From the NCBI RefSeq assembly GCF_963921235.1, contig NC_086097.1, positions 40,240,001 through 40,304,000 on the forward strand: a stretch of DNA of 64,000 bases, read 5' to 3'. The notes under the pieces are model-generated. The model made no database searches, was not told where the DNA came from, and saw only the letters and a program-made list of their open reading frames with translations. This DNA comes from Mobula hypostoma (taxonomy: Eukaryota). Below are positions 63,481 to 64,000 of the stretch, one piece after another (the stretch's first letter is position 1; each line of letters begins with the position of its first letter). Made by a program: the position numbers and the translations under genes.

Positions 63481-64000
63481 TAGTCATAGTCATAGTCATA
63501 CTTTATTGATCCCGGGGAAAATTGGTTTTCGTTACAGTTGCACCATAAATAATAAATAGTAATAGAACCTTAAATAGTTAAATAGTAATATGTAAATTAT
63601 GCCAGTAAATTATGAAATAAGTCCAGGACCAGCCTATTGGCTCAGGGTGTCTGACCCTCCAAGTGAGGAGTTGTAAAGTTTGATGGCTACAGGCAAGAAT
63701 GACTTCCTATGACGCTCTGTGTTGCATCTCGGTGGAATGAGTCTCTGGCTGAATGTACTCCTGTGCCCACCCAGTACATTATGTAGTGAATGGGAGACAT
63801 TGACCAAGATGGCATGCAACTTAGACAGCATCCTCTTTTCAGACACCACCGTGAGAGAGTCCAGTTCTATCCCCACAACATCACTGGCCTTACGAATGAG
63901 TTTGTTGATTCTGTTGGTGTCTGCTACCTTCAGCCTGCTGCCCCAGCACACAACAGCAAACATGATAGCACTGGCCCCCACAGACTCGTAGAACATCCTC
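63481..64000 (-). mobile_element. Young Rex1/Babar 3' end (runs off the window)
   Basis: Open frame MFYESVGASAIMFAVVCWG...RKSFLPVAIKLYN; (tagtca)3 tail. Confidence 0.92.

Overview
Eukaryotic, repeat-dominated vertebrate DNA. The mix of CR1, Rex1/Babar, RTE, Penelope, V-SINE and Gypsy LTR families suggests a cartilaginous fish, probably a ray or skate (inference). I found no host protein-coding gene I can support, and most ORF-track entries are TE fragments or noise. Main discovery: the apparently unique DNA between the repeats in about 1-17.8 kb (+ strand) is a heavily decayed endogenous foamy-virus-like (spumaretrovirus-like) provirus. Manual translation across stops and frameshifts gives, in the correct order, a probable RT connection region, integrase N-terminal, core and C-terminal domains, an Env leader peptide, two Env SU blocks and the Env TM anchor. 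These are followed by about 1.7 kb of unexplained accessory-region DNA and a candidate PPT/3' LTR. The provirus is broken up by about ten later insertions. Other features: an R4/Dong-like retroelement split by two RTEs, three solo LTRs with TSDs, a Charlie hAT nested in a Tc1-like element, and a young CR1 joined in register into an older CR1. All protein comparisons were made by eye against sequences recalled from memory and need alignment. Repeat boundaries are approximate unless TSDs are given.
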